DNA from: Gemmatimonadales bacterium
GTDB lineage: Bacteria; Gemmatimonadota; Gemmatimonadetes; Gemmatimonadales; Gemmatimonadaceae
Direction of reading: 5' to 3'
Length of the DNA: 64,000 bases
NCBI GenBank assembly: GCA_038319245.1
Contig: JBBQDB010000001.1
Span: forward strand, 2,679 to 66,678
The translations under genes were made by a program, and so were the position numbers. Each line of letters opens with the position of its first letter. Within the stretch, counting starts at the first letter, position 1. Shown here one piece after another: positions 42,359-52,561 of the stretch. Under the pieces are notes generated by a model, which was not told the DNA's origin, did no database searches, and saw only the letters and a program-made list of their open reading frames with translations.

Positions 42359-43261
42359 ATGCCCACGAAGAAGCAGGCGACACGCACGTCCCCAGCCGCG
42401 CCATCAAAGCGCGCGAAATCGGCCACGGTGAAGGTTGCGGCCAAGCTGGTACGATATTCGAAAGGCGAGCATATCATCGTCGCCCCGCTGCATCATCCCA
42501 AGCCGCAGATCGCGCTCGAAGAGTTGGGCAAGGCGAGGAAATCCCCAAGTGACAGCGACTTGTTCGATGGGCAGACCGCGGGTGCTGCGGCAAACGCCCA
42601 TCTCGCGTACTTCGGCGGGCCGCTGCTGACGAACGTCGCCGTGGTGACGATCTTCTGGGGCAAAAAGTGGGGTACGCCAAGTGGCGTGACGACCGTGAAC
42701 AATCTCAATGCGTTCTTCACGGCGATCCTGCCGAGTCCACTCATTGATCAGCTGCACGAGTACAGCGTCCCCGGCAAAGTGATTGGACATGGGTCGCTTG
42801 TCGGCTCCAAAGTGATCACCGTAAACGCACCGGTCGTTAGCGTCACCGACACTACGATCCGCGCTCAGCTCAAGGCGTGGATCGCCAGCAAGAAAGTACC
42901 GAAGCCAACGCCGAATACGCTGTACTTCATCTACCTCGACCCGGGTATCGTGTCGATCATGGGTGGATCGAAGTCGTGCAGTAGTTACTGCGGCTATCAC
43001 AACAACATCTCTGGCGTCTACTACGCGGTGATGCCCTACCCGAACTGCTCCGGGTGTCTCGGAGGACTGACCGCGTTCAACGCACTCACCGGAACGAGTT
43101 CACACGAACTGTGTGAAGCGATCACCGATCCCGTACCAGGTCGCGGCTGGTACGACTCGAACAACGGTGAGATTGGCGATATCTGCGCATGGACCTTCAA
43201 GACTGTCGCCGGTTACACCGTGCAGAAGGAGTGGTCGAACCAGCAGAATGCCTGCGTGTAG
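42359..43261 (+). CDS. Hypothetical protein resembling the phosphate-induced protein 1 (Phi-1/EXORDIUM) family
   Basis: L.YFGGPLL, YCGYH, YYAVMPYP, SHELCEAITDP, GWYD..NGEIGDIC, YTVQKEWSN...C. Confidence 0.7.
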   Translation: MPTKKQATRTSPAAPSKRAKSATVKVAAKLVRYSKGEHIIVAPLHHPKPQIALEELGKARKSPSDSDLFDGQTAGAAANAHLAYFGGPLLTNVAVVTIFWGKKWGTPSGVTTVNNLNAFFTAILPSPLIDQLHEYSVPGKVIGHGSLVGSKVITVNAPVVSVTDTTIRAQLKAWIASKKVPKPTPNTLYFIYLDPGIVSIMGGSKSCSSYCGYHNNISGVYYAVMPYPNCSGCLGGLTAFNALTGTSSHELCEAITDPVPGRGWYDSNNGEIGDICAWTFKTVAGYTVQKEWSNQQNACV

Positions 43262-43305
43262 AAATCGTGGTGGGCCGAGTGCTTGGTAGAAACCGAGGGG
43301 GCAGG

Positions 43306-43683
43306 ATGTGCCAACGAAGGGTCGTAGTTTCGATCGTAGCCGCACTGCTGTCGCTTTCCTCCGCGGCGTGCCATGTGACCAGCGAGCCAAGCCCGCTGCT
43401 CCGTGGCACGTGGGCGGAGGTGCTGACCGTGCCGGGCGCGAGCTACATCATTACGCTCGATCAATCGGGCGTGCAGCTCACTGGAAGTGGGACGTACACC
43501 ATCGAAGCCGGCCGACAAGGCACGTTGCAGGTGGTCGGCACGTATAGCCCGCCCACAGTTGCGCTCACGATCAGCAGCGATGCGGGCGATCGGCGCACGT
43601 TCGTCGGTACGCTGATTGGCGGCGACCAACTACGCGGCGCGTTTGATGGCTCGTCGTCGCTCGTAACGTTTGCACGTCGCTAG
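43306..43683 (+). CDS. Small hypothetical lipoprotein, beta-rich
   Basis: Signal peptide with SAA-C lipobox, LRGTW lipocalin-like start, GAGG-rich upstream sequence. Confidence 0.65.
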   Translation: MCQRRVVVSIVAALLSLSSAACHVTSEPSPLLRGTWAEVLTVPGASYIITLDQSGVQLTGSGTYTIEAGRQGTLQVVGTYSPPTVALTISSDAGDRRTFVGTLIGGDQLRGAFDGSSSLVTFARR

Positions 43684-43760
43684 CACACTCCACCGTTGTC
43701 CTCGGGATCGGCGTCTTCGCCATGCTGCTCGAAGTGCATGTGGCCAACGAGTGACCCAAC
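43683..43760 (+). repeat. Degenerate direct copy of comM codons 5-30
   Basis: Ungapped 64/78 nt identity (hand count) to 44205-44282; contains a TGA. Confidence 0.85.
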
Positions 43761-44192
43761 ACATCAAGAGTGGCGATGCAACCCCGGTAGCAGACGGTCG
43801 GGCGATGGTGATGCACAACGCGTTCAATCGTTGAGACGCGTCCGTAACCGTGTGGGCTCGTGGCGAACCACCGAGGGTTTCATCGCCTTGGCAGCGCGCG
43901 CCGCTTACATGGTACCGACGATGCAGAAAAGCCGAATGTTGTATCAGCGAGGTGAGCGACGGCGCATCACAGAAAATTCGCAGGGCGATCTGTGGTGCTC
44001 CTGTGTGCATATCACCGAATGCAACATCGAGGGAACGATCCGTGTCATCGACCTGTCGACAAGCACATTTGCGATCGTGACGATGCTGCGGATCTTGCCA
44101 TATCGCCATCCACCAAGCGAGCCGCGGGAATATGCTCAGCGGTGCAATGAAACGATGACGACGTTCACGCGCGTCGCACGCACATTCACTCC

Positions 44193-45854
44193 ATGCTTGC
44201 CGCCGCACACTCCGCCGCCGTCCTCGGGATCGACGCCTTCGACATCCTCGTCGAAGTGCATGTAGCCAACGGGCTACCCAATTGGACGCTCGTCGGTCTC
44301 GCTGCAACGGCAGTGAAGGAGAGCCGCGACCGCGTCGGGGCGGCGCTTGCCAACTCGGGATTTACGCTACCGCAAAAGCGGTTAACGATCAATCTCTGCC
44401 CAGCCGACACACCGAAACACGGAACCGCATTCGATCTACCCATCGCCCTCGCCCTCCTCGCCGCCAGCGGACAGCTACCGCCCGACGCGTTGCAGGGCGT
44501 GTGCGCGATCGGGGAACTCGGCCTCGACGGACACATTCGCGCAGTCCGCGGCGTCCTCGCGGTCGCTCGACATGTCGCGGCCACAACGGGCGACCTGCTC
44601 ATCGTCCCGCCCGATAATCTCGACGAAGCGCTGCGCGTCACACATGCACGTGCAACCGCTCCTCGCACCCTTCGTGAACTGGTCACCGCACTCCGCGACG
44701 GATTGCTGCGTGAAGAACAGCAGCGACGGACACGCGTCGCGCCGATTGATACCACACCCGACCTCTCTGATGTCGTTGGTCAGGAGTTGGCCATTCGCGC
44801 ACTCGAAATCGCCGCCGCCGGCGCGCACAATGTCATGCTCGTCGGACCGCCAGGCGCAGGCAAAACAATGCTCGCCCGCCGACTCCCCGGCATTCTCCCA
44901 CCACTCGACGACAACGAAGCCCTCGAAGTCCTCGCCATTCACTCGGTCGCCGGACTGCTGGAGCCAACATCCGCGGCCTTCAGCGCGACACCGCCACGCC
45001 CGTTCCGCGCACCACACCACTCGATCAGCACGGCGGGACTCGTTGGTGGCGGGAGCTGGCCGCGACCCGGCGAAGTCAGTCTCGCCCACCGTGGGGTGCT
45101 GTTCCTCGACGAATTCAGTCTCTACAACAAAAGCACCCTCGAAGCACTCCGCCAACCGCTCGAGGATGGCAACGTCGTGGTCGCGCGCGCCGCACGCACC
45201 ATCGCATTCCCGTCACGCTTCTCGCTGGTGGCCGCAAGCAATCCATGCGCCTGTGGATTCGCCGGCAGCGATGATCGCCGCTGCCGTTGCTCCTCGGCGG
45301 ATCTCGAACGGCATCGCGCCCGACTCTCAGGGCCACTCAGCGATCGGATCGACCTGCACGTCCACGTCCAACGCGTTCCGCCACATGCCCTCGCCCACCA
45401 CAGCCCATCCGACACCTCCGTCCGCGTCCGCGAACGCGTGCTCCGCGCCAGAGCACGCCAACACGAACGATACGCGCACCTTCCGCTAACACCGGCGCCG
45501 CTGTCGGCACACTCCAAAACGCCGCGACCTCCAGCGCCACCGACCGACACCAACGCCTCCGCGCCCGTGCGGCTCCTTGCACCCGCAGCACGCCTCGACG
45601 CCGACGCCCGCGCACTACTCGTCCGCGCCGCAGACCGGCTCGCGCTCTCCGCCCGCGCCTATCACCGCATCCTCCGCGTCGCACGTACCATCGCCGACCT
45701 CGATGACGTCGATCACGTCCAGCGCGACCATATCGCCGAAGCGCTCCGCTTTCGCCCCTTTACCCCAAGCACGACCAACCCGAACTCGCACTCGACCACC
45801 TCCGACACTCAGATCGAGTCGGCAGCCGCACCGCAGCACCGCGCGGCCAGTTGA
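44193..45854 (+). CDS. comM: YifB/ComM Mg-chelatase-like AAA+ ATPase
   Basis: VKESRDRV, FDLPIAL, GELGLDG, GPPGAGKT, PFRAPHH, RPGEVSLAHRGVLFLDE, LSGPLSDRID, LSARAYHRILRVARTIADL. Confidence 0.95.
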   Translation: MLAAAHSAAVLGIDAFDILVEVHVANGLPNWTLVGLAATAVKESRDRVGAALANSGFTLPQKRLTINLCPADTPKHGTAFDLPIALALLAASGQLPPDALQGVCAIGELGLDGHIRAVRGVLAVARHVAATTGDLLIVPPDNLDEALRVTHARATAPRTLRELVTALRDGLLREEQQRRTRVAPIDTTPDLSDVVGQELAIRALEIAAAGAHNVMLVGPPGAGKTMLARRLPGILPPLDDNEALEVLAIHSVAGLLEPTSAAFSATPPRPFRAPHHSISTAGLVGGGSWPRPGEVSLAHRGVLFLDEFSLYNKSTLEALRQPLEDGNVVVARAARTIAFPSRFSLVAASNPCACGFAGSDDRRCRCSSADLERHRARLSGPLSDRIDLHVHVQRVPPHALAHHSPSDTSVRVRERVLRARARQHERYAHLPLTPAPLSAHSKTPRPPAPPTDTNASAPVRLLAPAARLDADARALLVRAADRLALSARAYHRILRVARTIADLDDVDHVQRDHIAEALRFRPFTPSTTNPNSHSTTSDTQIESAAAPQHRAAS

Positions 45855-45922
45855 CGGGTCGCCACACCCCATGACGATCGCCGTCAGCGTGATCTTCTCG
45901 GAGTCGTGGGGTATAGTTCGAC

Positions 45923-46990
45923 ATGACCGCACCGGCCGCTCCGCTCGCCACCAAGCGCATCGACGCCTCCGAACACGCGTCGTCGGCTCGCGAGCAAAAG
46001 CGCAAGCATGATCATGTACACGATCACGCAGACGATCCTGCGCACCGACACGCACACCACCACGGACACGACCACCAACACAGCGCCATCGGCGGACATC
46101 ACCATCACCTGCCAGCCAGCTTCGATCGCGCCTTCGCGATCGGTATCGCGCTCAACACCGCGTTCGTCATCGCCGAAACGATCTACGGCCTTCGCGCCAA
46201 CTCGCTCTCCCTCGTCGCCGATGCTGGACACAACCTCGGCGACGTCCTCGGCTTGGCGATGGCGTGGGCTGCGACCGTGCTCGCGCGTCGGCAGCCTACC
46301 GAACGACGCACCTACGGTCTGCGGCGATTCTCGGTACTCGCCGCTATGGGCAATGCCGGCGTTTTGCTGGTCACCGTTGGCGCCATCGCCTGGGAAGCCG
46401 TTCAGCGCCTCCGACACCCCGATACCGTCGCCACAACCACAGTCATGGTGGTCGCGACCCTCGGTATCGCGATCAACCTGATCACGGCGCTCGGTTTCAT
46501 GCGCGGCAAAAATGACGACCTCAATATCCGCGGCGCGTTCCTCCACATGCTCGGCGATGCCGCAACGTCAGCCGGCGTCGTTGTCGCCGCGCTATTGATA
46601 GCGCTCACCGGTCGCGATTGGATTGACCCGATCGTCAGTCTCGTCATTTCCGCGCTCATCGCGTGGAGCACCTGGTCGCTCGCACGAGACTCGGTCAATC
46701 TTGCCCTTGATGCCGTACCCAAACACATCGACCCCGCGGCCGTGCGCGCCCACCTTGCGGGCCTCGACGGCGTCACCGAAGTGCACGACCTCCACATTTG
46801 GGCCATGAGCACGACCGATGTCGCGCTGACGGCGCATCTCCTGCGGCCCTGCGGCTGCAATGAAGACGCCGTCCTCGCCGACGCCACCCGAGCCCTTGCC
46901 AAAGACTTCGGCATCGGCCACGTGACGCTGCAACTTGAACGCGGACTCGTCGACTTCCCCTGTGGACAAGCCGTCCCCGGCGCACTCTGA
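45923..46990 (+). CDS. Cation diffusion facilitator (CzcD/ZitB-like Zn/Co/Cd exporter) with His-rich N-terminus
   Basis: ADAGHNLGD, GAFLHMLGD, HDLHIW, HVTLQLE; 16 His in about 35 N-terminal residues. Confidence 0.92.
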   Translation: MTAPAAPLATKRIDASEHASSAREQKRKHDHVHDHADDPAHRHAHHHGHDHQHSAIGGHHHHLPASFDRAFAIGIALNTAFVIAETIYGLRANSLSLVADAGHNLGDVLGLAMAWAATVLARRQPTERRTYGLRRFSVLAAMGNAGVLLVTVGAIAWEAVQRLRHPDTVATTTVMVVATLGIAINLITALGFMRGKNDDLNIRGAFLHMLGDAATSAGVVVAALLIALTGRDWIDPIVSLVISALIAWSTWSLARDSVNLALDAVPKHIDPAAVRAHLAGLDGVTEVHDLHIWAMSTTDVALTAHLLRPCGCNEDAVLADATRALAKDFGIGHVTLQLERGLVDFPCGQAVPGAL

Positions 46991-47110
46991 GTTGACGGAT
47001 CGCGACCGAACGAAGGCCTCCACGAAGACAGCCGATCCCGGTAACTTCCGATTGTTCGCCCAGCCCGCGGTGACCGAAGGCCGCTTTCCACTCACCACCG
47101 CAATGCCGCC

Positions 47111-47881
47111 ATGGGCTGTCTGACGCGAATCGGTTGTCTCGGCGTCCTCGTGCTAGGCGGTGCTGGTGCGTGGTGGCTATATGGCGATAGGGTGCCAAGT
47201 GACTGGCGGCAAGCCGCTCGCAGTGCAAAGCGCCTCGTGCTCACCGAACCGCCAACCTCGCCGCCATCGTTAGGCGGAAAACCCAACAGCGTACCCGGTG
47301 CGAGCGCCTCCGCGGACATCGTCTGGGTGCCCATCGCCCAGGGCGTCGAAGACGCGAGCGCGTCGGCGGCGGCACGCGAGAAGCTGGCGGGGCTCACGAA
47401 GCGCTCAGGTCCTGCCTACGCGACGTTTTCTGCCAGCGAAGTCGCCGATCTCTTCGCGCTGCCGCTCACGCGCTCGCTACCGTCCACGTCTACCCACGCC
47501 GACATTGCTCTGCACAACGATGAGCTGCTGCTGCGTGCCGAAGTCGACCGTCGAGATTTTGCTGGCAATGGCACCATCGGCGGGTTGATCGGTACAGCAA
47601 TAAGTGGCCGAGAAACGATGCAGCTCACCGGTACACTTGAATCTCCGCGTGCGGGTCTCGTCTTCTTTCGTGTCAGGGCTCTCCAACTCAAAGGACTCGC
47701 CCTTCCGCCACAGCTCATTCCGGTCGTGGTCGATGTCGTCCGTCGTCATGCGCCAGGTGCGTTGCAGCAGCGCACCGCAACCGCGTTGCCCGACGATGCA
47801 CTCGCGCTGGTCGTCTCACCAGCCGTCGCTGATGTCCGCCTTCACAACGGTCGCATCACACTCTATCGGGCCGTTCATTGA
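47111..47881 (+). CDS. Hypothetical membrane-anchored protein
   Basis: 256-aa ORF filling the gap, with an N-terminal MGCL..IGCL TM anchor. Confidence 0.7.
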   Translation: MGCLTRIGCLGVLVLGGAGAWWLYGDRVPSDWRQAARSAKRLVLTEPPTSPPSLGGKPNSVPGASASADIVWVPIAQGVEDASASAAAREKLAGLTKRSGPAYATFSASEVADLFALPLTRSLPSTSTHADIALHNDELLLRAEVDRRDFAGNGTIGGLIGTAISGRETMQLTGTLESPRAGLVFFRVRALQLKGLALPPQLIPVVVDVVRRHAPGALQQRTATALPDDALALVVSPAVADVRLHNGRITLYRAVH

Positions 47882-47998
47882 GGGGAGACCGAGCGAGGGG
47901 CACGCAGCGCCGATGGTTCACGCTCAGTACCGAGTGCATTCTTTGAAAGATGGCATCGCGCCCCACCATTCCCTTTGTCGCCACACGCCGTTCGCCTC

Positions 47999-49378
47999 AT
48001 GAGCCCACATCGCATTCTCGTCATCGACGACGAACCCGGCATTCGACAAGCACTCGGCCAATTACTGGAGTACGAAGGCTATGAAGTGCGCACAGCGGCC
48101 TCGGGACCACTGGGCATTGCGGAGTATGAGAAATTCCGGCCACAGCTGGTCTTCTGCGATGTGAAAATGGCGGGCATCGACGGCATCGAAGTGCTCAAGC
48201 GCCTGCGGCAACTCGACGGCGACGCGACGGTCGTCATGATCAGCGGCCATGCGACGATTCAGACGGCCGTCGAAGCGACGCATTTGGGCGCGTACGATAT
48301 CCTCGAGAAGCCGCTCGACACCGACCGTGTCCTCGTATTGCTCCGGAACGCACTTGAGACACGCACGCTTTCCGAAGAAAACCAGCGCCTGCGGCAAACG
48401 ATCGAGTCGCGCTACGAAATCGTCGGTAAGAGCTATGGGATTCGCGCGCTCCTCGAGCGTATCGAGAAAGTCGCCGGCACACCAGCGCGCGTCCTGATCA
48501 CCGGCGAAAACGGCACAGGTAAAGAGCTCGTCGCGCGTGCCGTGCACCGCGGCTCCACGCGCGCACGCAAGCCGTTCGTCGAAGTCAACTGCGCGGCGAT
48601 TCCGTCGGAACTCATCGAGAGTGAACTCTTCGGCCACATGAAGGGCTCGTTCACCGGCGCGATCAGCGACCGTACCGGGAAGTTCGAGCAGGCCGATCAG
48701 GGTACGCTGTTCCTCGATGAAATCGGCGACATGTCGCTCGCTGCGCAGGCCAAAGTGCTGCGCGTACTGCAGGACGGCGTCGTCACGCGCATTGGCGGCA
48801 ATAAACCGATTCAAGTCGACGTGCGCGTGCTCGCCGCGACCAACAAAGACCTCGAAGACGAAATCAACGCCGGGCGCTTCCGCGAAGATCTCTTCTATCG
48901 ACTCAACGTCGTCCCAATCAGTGTACCAGCGCTTCGGGAACGTCGCGAAGACATCGAGCTACTCGTCATCCATTTTCTGCAACAGCTCGCCGTGCGGGAC
49001 GGCATGGCAGTGCGCCGTATCACCGACGACGCGCTCAAGGCACTCACGGCCCTCGATTGGCCAGGCAACGTGCGCGAGTTGCGTAATACCGTCGAGCGGT
49101 TGCTCATTCTCGCCAATGCGCCACTCATCGGCCTCAACGACGTCGAGCGGCTCGTTGGACGCCGAGCCGCAGAACCGGCCGGCCTCGGCGCACTCGTCGA
49201 ATGCAACACGTTCGAAGAGTTCAAGCAGGAAGCCGAGCGCGCCTTTCTGGTATCGAAGCTTCGTGCGTTCGACTGGAACGTGTCCGAAACGGCACGCGCG
49301 CTGGACATGCCGCGATCGAATCTGTACAAGAAGATCGAACGTTATGGTTTGACACGCGAGACCTCGCCGGCGTCTTGA
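47999..49378 (+). CDS. Sigma-54-dependent response regulator (NtrX/NtrC-like REC-AAA+-HTH)
   Basis: ILVIDDE, phospho-Asp in CDVKM, GENGTGKE, ESELFGHMKGSFTGA, LFLDEIGD, FREDLFYRLNV, WPGNVREL, Fis-type HTH. Confidence 0.93.
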   Translation: MSPHRILVIDDEPGIRQALGQLLEYEGYEVRTAASGPLGIAEYEKFRPQLVFCDVKMAGIDGIEVLKRLRQLDGDATVVMISGHATIQTAVEATHLGAYDILEKPLDTDRVLVLLRNALETRTLSEENQRLRQTIESRYEIVGKSYGIRALLERIEKVAGTPARVLITGENGTGKELVARAVHRGSTRARKPFVEVNCAAIPSELIESELFGHMKGSFTGAISDRTGKFEQADQGTLFLDEIGDMSLAAQAKVLRVLQDGVVTRIGGNKPIQVDVRVLAATNKDLEDEINAGRFREDLFYRLNVVPISVPALRERREDIELLVIHFLQQLAVRDGMAVRRITDDALKALTALDWPGNVRELRNTVERLLILANAPLIGLNDVERLVGRRAAEPAGLGALVECNTFEEFKQEAERAFLVSKLRAFDWNVSETARALDMPRSNLYKKIERYGLTRETSPAS

Positions 49379-49414
49379 TGACGTCGCATTCGCTCGCCCG
49401 CTGACTCCGGACCT

Positions 49415-50074
49415 ATGACCGATCGCAACTGGGAAGCCGAACTCGCCAAGATCGACAAGCAGCTGGCGTCCATTTCCGACGAGCAGTTGCTGGCGCCCGC
49501 TCCTGCGGCAAAGAGCGGATCGGAGCTCAAGCGCTCGCCGGTCATGGACTCGCGCATGGCGGGGCAGGCGAAGGCACCGGCGACAGCGAGCAAGGCACCG
49601 GCACCCACCGTCGCGACTACCGGTGGGACGTGGCGAGGCTGGGTCAAAGTCACCATCGCCGTCGCGGCCGCAGCAGGCCTGATGTACTGGCCATGGCCGG
49701 CGCGCTGTGGTCCGCCGCTCATCGGCTTCACCGCGGCCACCGGTAGCGTTGCGCTCTTGGGACTCTGGAGCGCGATCGGTACGTGGCGTCACCGCCTCGG
49801 GCTCGCACACGTCGCGTCGCTCCTCGTCATCGTCTGGGGTATGCTGCTCGGCGCACGCGAAGTGCTGCCGCGCATCGGATATGCCGTGCCCACGGCCGCG
49901 CGCACTGTCGGCTGGAGCTGCGACGGCATTGCACCGGCGCCGACACCGTCCACGACGCCGAGTGCCGCGCCGACGTCGGTGCCCAGTGGTGTGCCTTCCG
50001 TCACGGCCCCTGCGCCTGGCGTGACGCCGAACACCACCGGACCCACGGCAACTACAGCGCCTGTGCGACTCTGA
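49415..50074 (+). CDS. Hypothetical membrane protein with Pro/Thr-rich tail
   Basis: N-terminal WEAELAKIDKQL helix, three TM segments, low-complexity C-terminus. Confidence 0.75.
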   Translation: MTDRNWEAELAKIDKQLASISDEQLLAPAPAAKSGSELKRSPVMDSRMAGQAKAPATASKAPAPTVATTGGTWRGWVKVTIAVAAAAGLMYWPWPARCGPPLIGFTAATGSVALLGLWSAIGTWRHRLGLAHVASLLVIVWGMLLGAREVLPRIGYAVPTAARTVGWSCDGIAPAPTPSTTPSAAPTSVPSGVPSVTAPAPGVTPNTTGPTATTAPVRL

Positions 50075-50091
50075 CCGAGTAGCTTTCCTTC

Positions 50092-51576
50092 ATGACGACG
50101 TTTCAGAATTTTATCGGCGGACAGTGGGTTGCGCCCGCCTCAGGCGAGTACTTCGAAAATCGTAATCCGGCCAATCATGAAGACGTGATCGGTCGCTTTC
50201 CCGCGTCCAACATCGAAGATGTCGAGCGCGCCGTTGTCAGCGCGCAACGCGGGTTCGCGCGCTGGAAAAGCACGCCCGCGCCGGCGCGCGGCGACGTGCT
50301 GCGGCGGGTCGGCGATCTGCTCGCTTCACGGAAGGACGCGATCGCCGATCTCATGACGCGCGAAATGGGCAAGCCGATCGCCGAAACAAAGGGTGACGTC
50401 CAGGAGGCCATCGACACGGCGTACTACGCGGCGACAGAAGGGCGGCGCCTGTTCGGGCACACTGTGCCCAGCGAGTTGCGTGAGAAATGGGCGATGAGCA
50501 TGCGTCGCCCAATCGGCGTTTGCGGGCTGATTACACCGTTCAACTTTCCGCTCGCGATTCCGACCTGGAAAGCGTTCCCCGCGCTCCTCTGCGGAAACGC
50601 GGTCATCCTCAAGCCCGCAGAAGACGTTCCGCATACGTCGACCGTGCTCGTCGAGATCCTGCTCGAAGCCGGCCTCCCGCCCGAGGTGATCCAGCTCGTG
50701 CATGGGATGGGCGACGTCGTTGGCAAGGCCATCGTCGAACACCCGCACGTGCCTGTGATTTCGTTCACTGGCTCGACCGAAACCGGCCGTTTCGTTGGCG
50801 AAACCTGTGGGCGCATGCACAAGCGGTTGTCGCTCGAAATGGGTGGCAAGAATGCGCAGATCGTACTCGACGATGCGAATCTCGATCTCGCCATCGACGG
50901 CGTGCTCTGGGGCGCCTTCGGGACCACGGGGCAACGCTGCACCGCCACGAGCCGGCTCATTTTGCAGGACGGCATTCACGACGAATTCGTCGATCGCCTC
51001 GTCGCGCGTGCTGAGGCATTGCGCTTGGGCGACGGACGAACCGCTGGTACGGATGTTGGTCCGTTGGTGCACGAAGCTGCACGCGAAAAAGTCGAACGTT
51101 ATGTCGCCATCGGCGAGACGCAGGGCGCGACGCTGCGTACCGGCGGAACGCGTGCAACGAGCGGCGCACTCGACAAGGGCTTCTTCTTTCGACCGACGAT
51201 CTTCACCGGTGTCATCGCGGGCTCGCGACTCGAGCAGGAAGAGATTTTCGGGCCTGTGCTCTCGGTCATTCGCGTGCACTCCGTCGACGAAGCGTTTACG
51301 GTCAACAACGATGTGCGTTACGGCCTCTCGTCGTCCGTGTATACGTCCAACGTGAATGTCGCCTTTCGTGCGCTCGCGGAGCTCGACAACGGCATCACGT
51401 ACATCAATGCGCCAACCATCGGTGCCGAAGCGCACCTGCCGTTTGGCGGCGTGAAGGAAACCGGAAACGGACACCGCGAAGGTGGCTGGGAAGTGTACGA
51501 GTTTTACTCGGAGACCAAGGTCGGTTACATCGACTACTCCGGTGTGTTGCAGCGCGCGCAGATCGACAACTACTAG
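50092..51576 (+). CDS. Aldehyde dehydrogenase family protein
   Basis: ITPFNFP, FTGSTETG, LEMGGKN, GQRCTATSR, EEIFGP, PFGGVKETGNGHRE. Confidence 0.93.
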   Translation: MTTFQNFIGGQWVAPASGEYFENRNPANHEDVIGRFPASNIEDVERAVVSAQRGFARWKSTPAPARGDVLRRVGDLLASRKDAIADLMTREMGKPIAETKGDVQEAIDTAYYAATEGRRLFGHTVPSELREKWAMSMRRPIGVCGLITPFNFPLAIPTWKAFPALLCGNAVILKPAEDVPHTSTVLVEILLEAGLPPEVIQLVHGMGDVVGKAIVEHPHVPVISFTGSTETGRFVGETCGRMHKRLSLEMGGKNAQIVLDDANLDLAIDGVLWGAFGTTGQRCTATSRLILQDGIHDEFVDRLVARAEALRLGDGRTAGTDVGPLVHEAAREKVERYVAIGETQGATLRTGGTRATSGALDKGFFFRPTIFTGVIAGSRLEQEEIFGPVLSVIRVHSVDEAFTVNNDVRYGLSSSVYTSNVNVAFRALAELDNGITYINAPTIGAEAHLPFGGVKETGNGHREGGWEVYEFYSETKVGYIDYSGVLQRAQIDNY

Positions 51577-51595
51577 CGTCGGCTAGGTGCGTCGC

Positions 51596-52561
51596 ATGCC
51601 GCTCTCCGAGGGATCGCCCATCGAACATTCGCCAGCCGGCAACGAGTCGCCGCCGATACACCCGACGCCGTCAGGGGCGCCAAGCGGTACGCCAAATGTC
51701 GCGCCAAATGTCGCGGCGAGTGTCGCGGCAAAGGCGGGGTCGAGCACGTTGCCAAACACGGCGCCGAGCATGGTGCCGACGCTGATTCTCGATCGTGACG
51801 AGGCGCAACGGTCGGCCGCGTTACGCGCGGCGAACGGGCGCACTCGCACGGCGCGCGGACTTGGCCTCACGTGGCTGTGGGAATGGGCCAAAGTATTTCC
51901 TGCCGCCGTGTTGCTGTTCCTCACGCTCCGCGCGTTTCTGGTCGAGGCCTACAAGATCCCGACAGGCAGCATGGAGCGCACGTTGCTCGTCGGTGATTTT
52001 CTGCTCGTGAATAAGCTTGTGTACGGCGCAGAGATTCCGTTTTCAGGCAAGCGATTGCCCGGATGGCGCACCCCCAAGCGCGGCGATGTCATCGTGTTTG
52101 ATTGGCCGGTGGACCCGAGCAAGAACTTCGTCAAACGACTCGTCGGTCTGCCTGGTGACACGCTCTCCATGCGTGATGGCGTCTTGATGCGCAATCGTGT
52201 CGCGCAATCCGAACAGTACGTGGAGCACGTAGAACCAAACGTCGATCCGGTCAATGACGACTTCCGCTGGCAGCGTGGTTTCGTCGTGAGCACCGCCGTG
52301 GCGGCGAGTACCGGATCGGACTCGACCTACCGTCCGTCGCGAAATAATTGGGGCCCGATCGTGGTGCCGCCGCAACACATGTTCGTGCTCGGTGACAATC
52401 GCGACAATTCGCTCGACAGTCGGTACTGGGGCTTTGTGCCGGACAGTCTGTTGCGCGGCACACCGCTGATGGTGTACTACAGTTTTACGCCGGACTCGAG
52501 TCGGCCGATGGCGTGGCTCACGGCCATTCGGTGGACGCGTCTCGGAAGTCTGGTGCGATAG
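51596..52561 (+). CDS. lepB: Signal peptidase I (start uncertain)
   Basis: IPTGSMERTLLVGD (catalytic Ser), FVKRLVGLPGD (catalytic Lys), GDNRDNSLDSRYWG. Confidence 0.93.
   Translation: MPLSEGSPIEHSPAGNESPPIHPTPSGAPSGTPNVAPNVAASVAAKAGSSTLPNTAPSMVPTLILDRDEAQRSAALRAANGRTRTARGLGLTWLWEWAKVFPAAVLLFLTLRAFLVEAYKIPTGSMERTLLVGDFLLVNKLVYGAEIPFSGKRLPGWRTPKRGDVIVFDWPVDPSKNFVKRLVGLPGDTLSMRDGVLMRNRVAQSEQYVEHVEPNVDPVNDDFRWQRGFVVSTAVAASTGSDSTYRPSRNNWGPIVVPPQHMFVLGDNRDNSLDSRYWGFVPDSLLRGTPLMVYYSFTPDSSRPMAWLTAIRWTRLGSLVR

Noticed and set aside
43696-44265. 189-aa ORF between the lipoprotein gene and comM
   Set aside because: Atypical composition, overlaps comM out of frame, and lacks recognisable motifs apart from a short GTIRVIDL stretch. 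Treated as eroded DNA.
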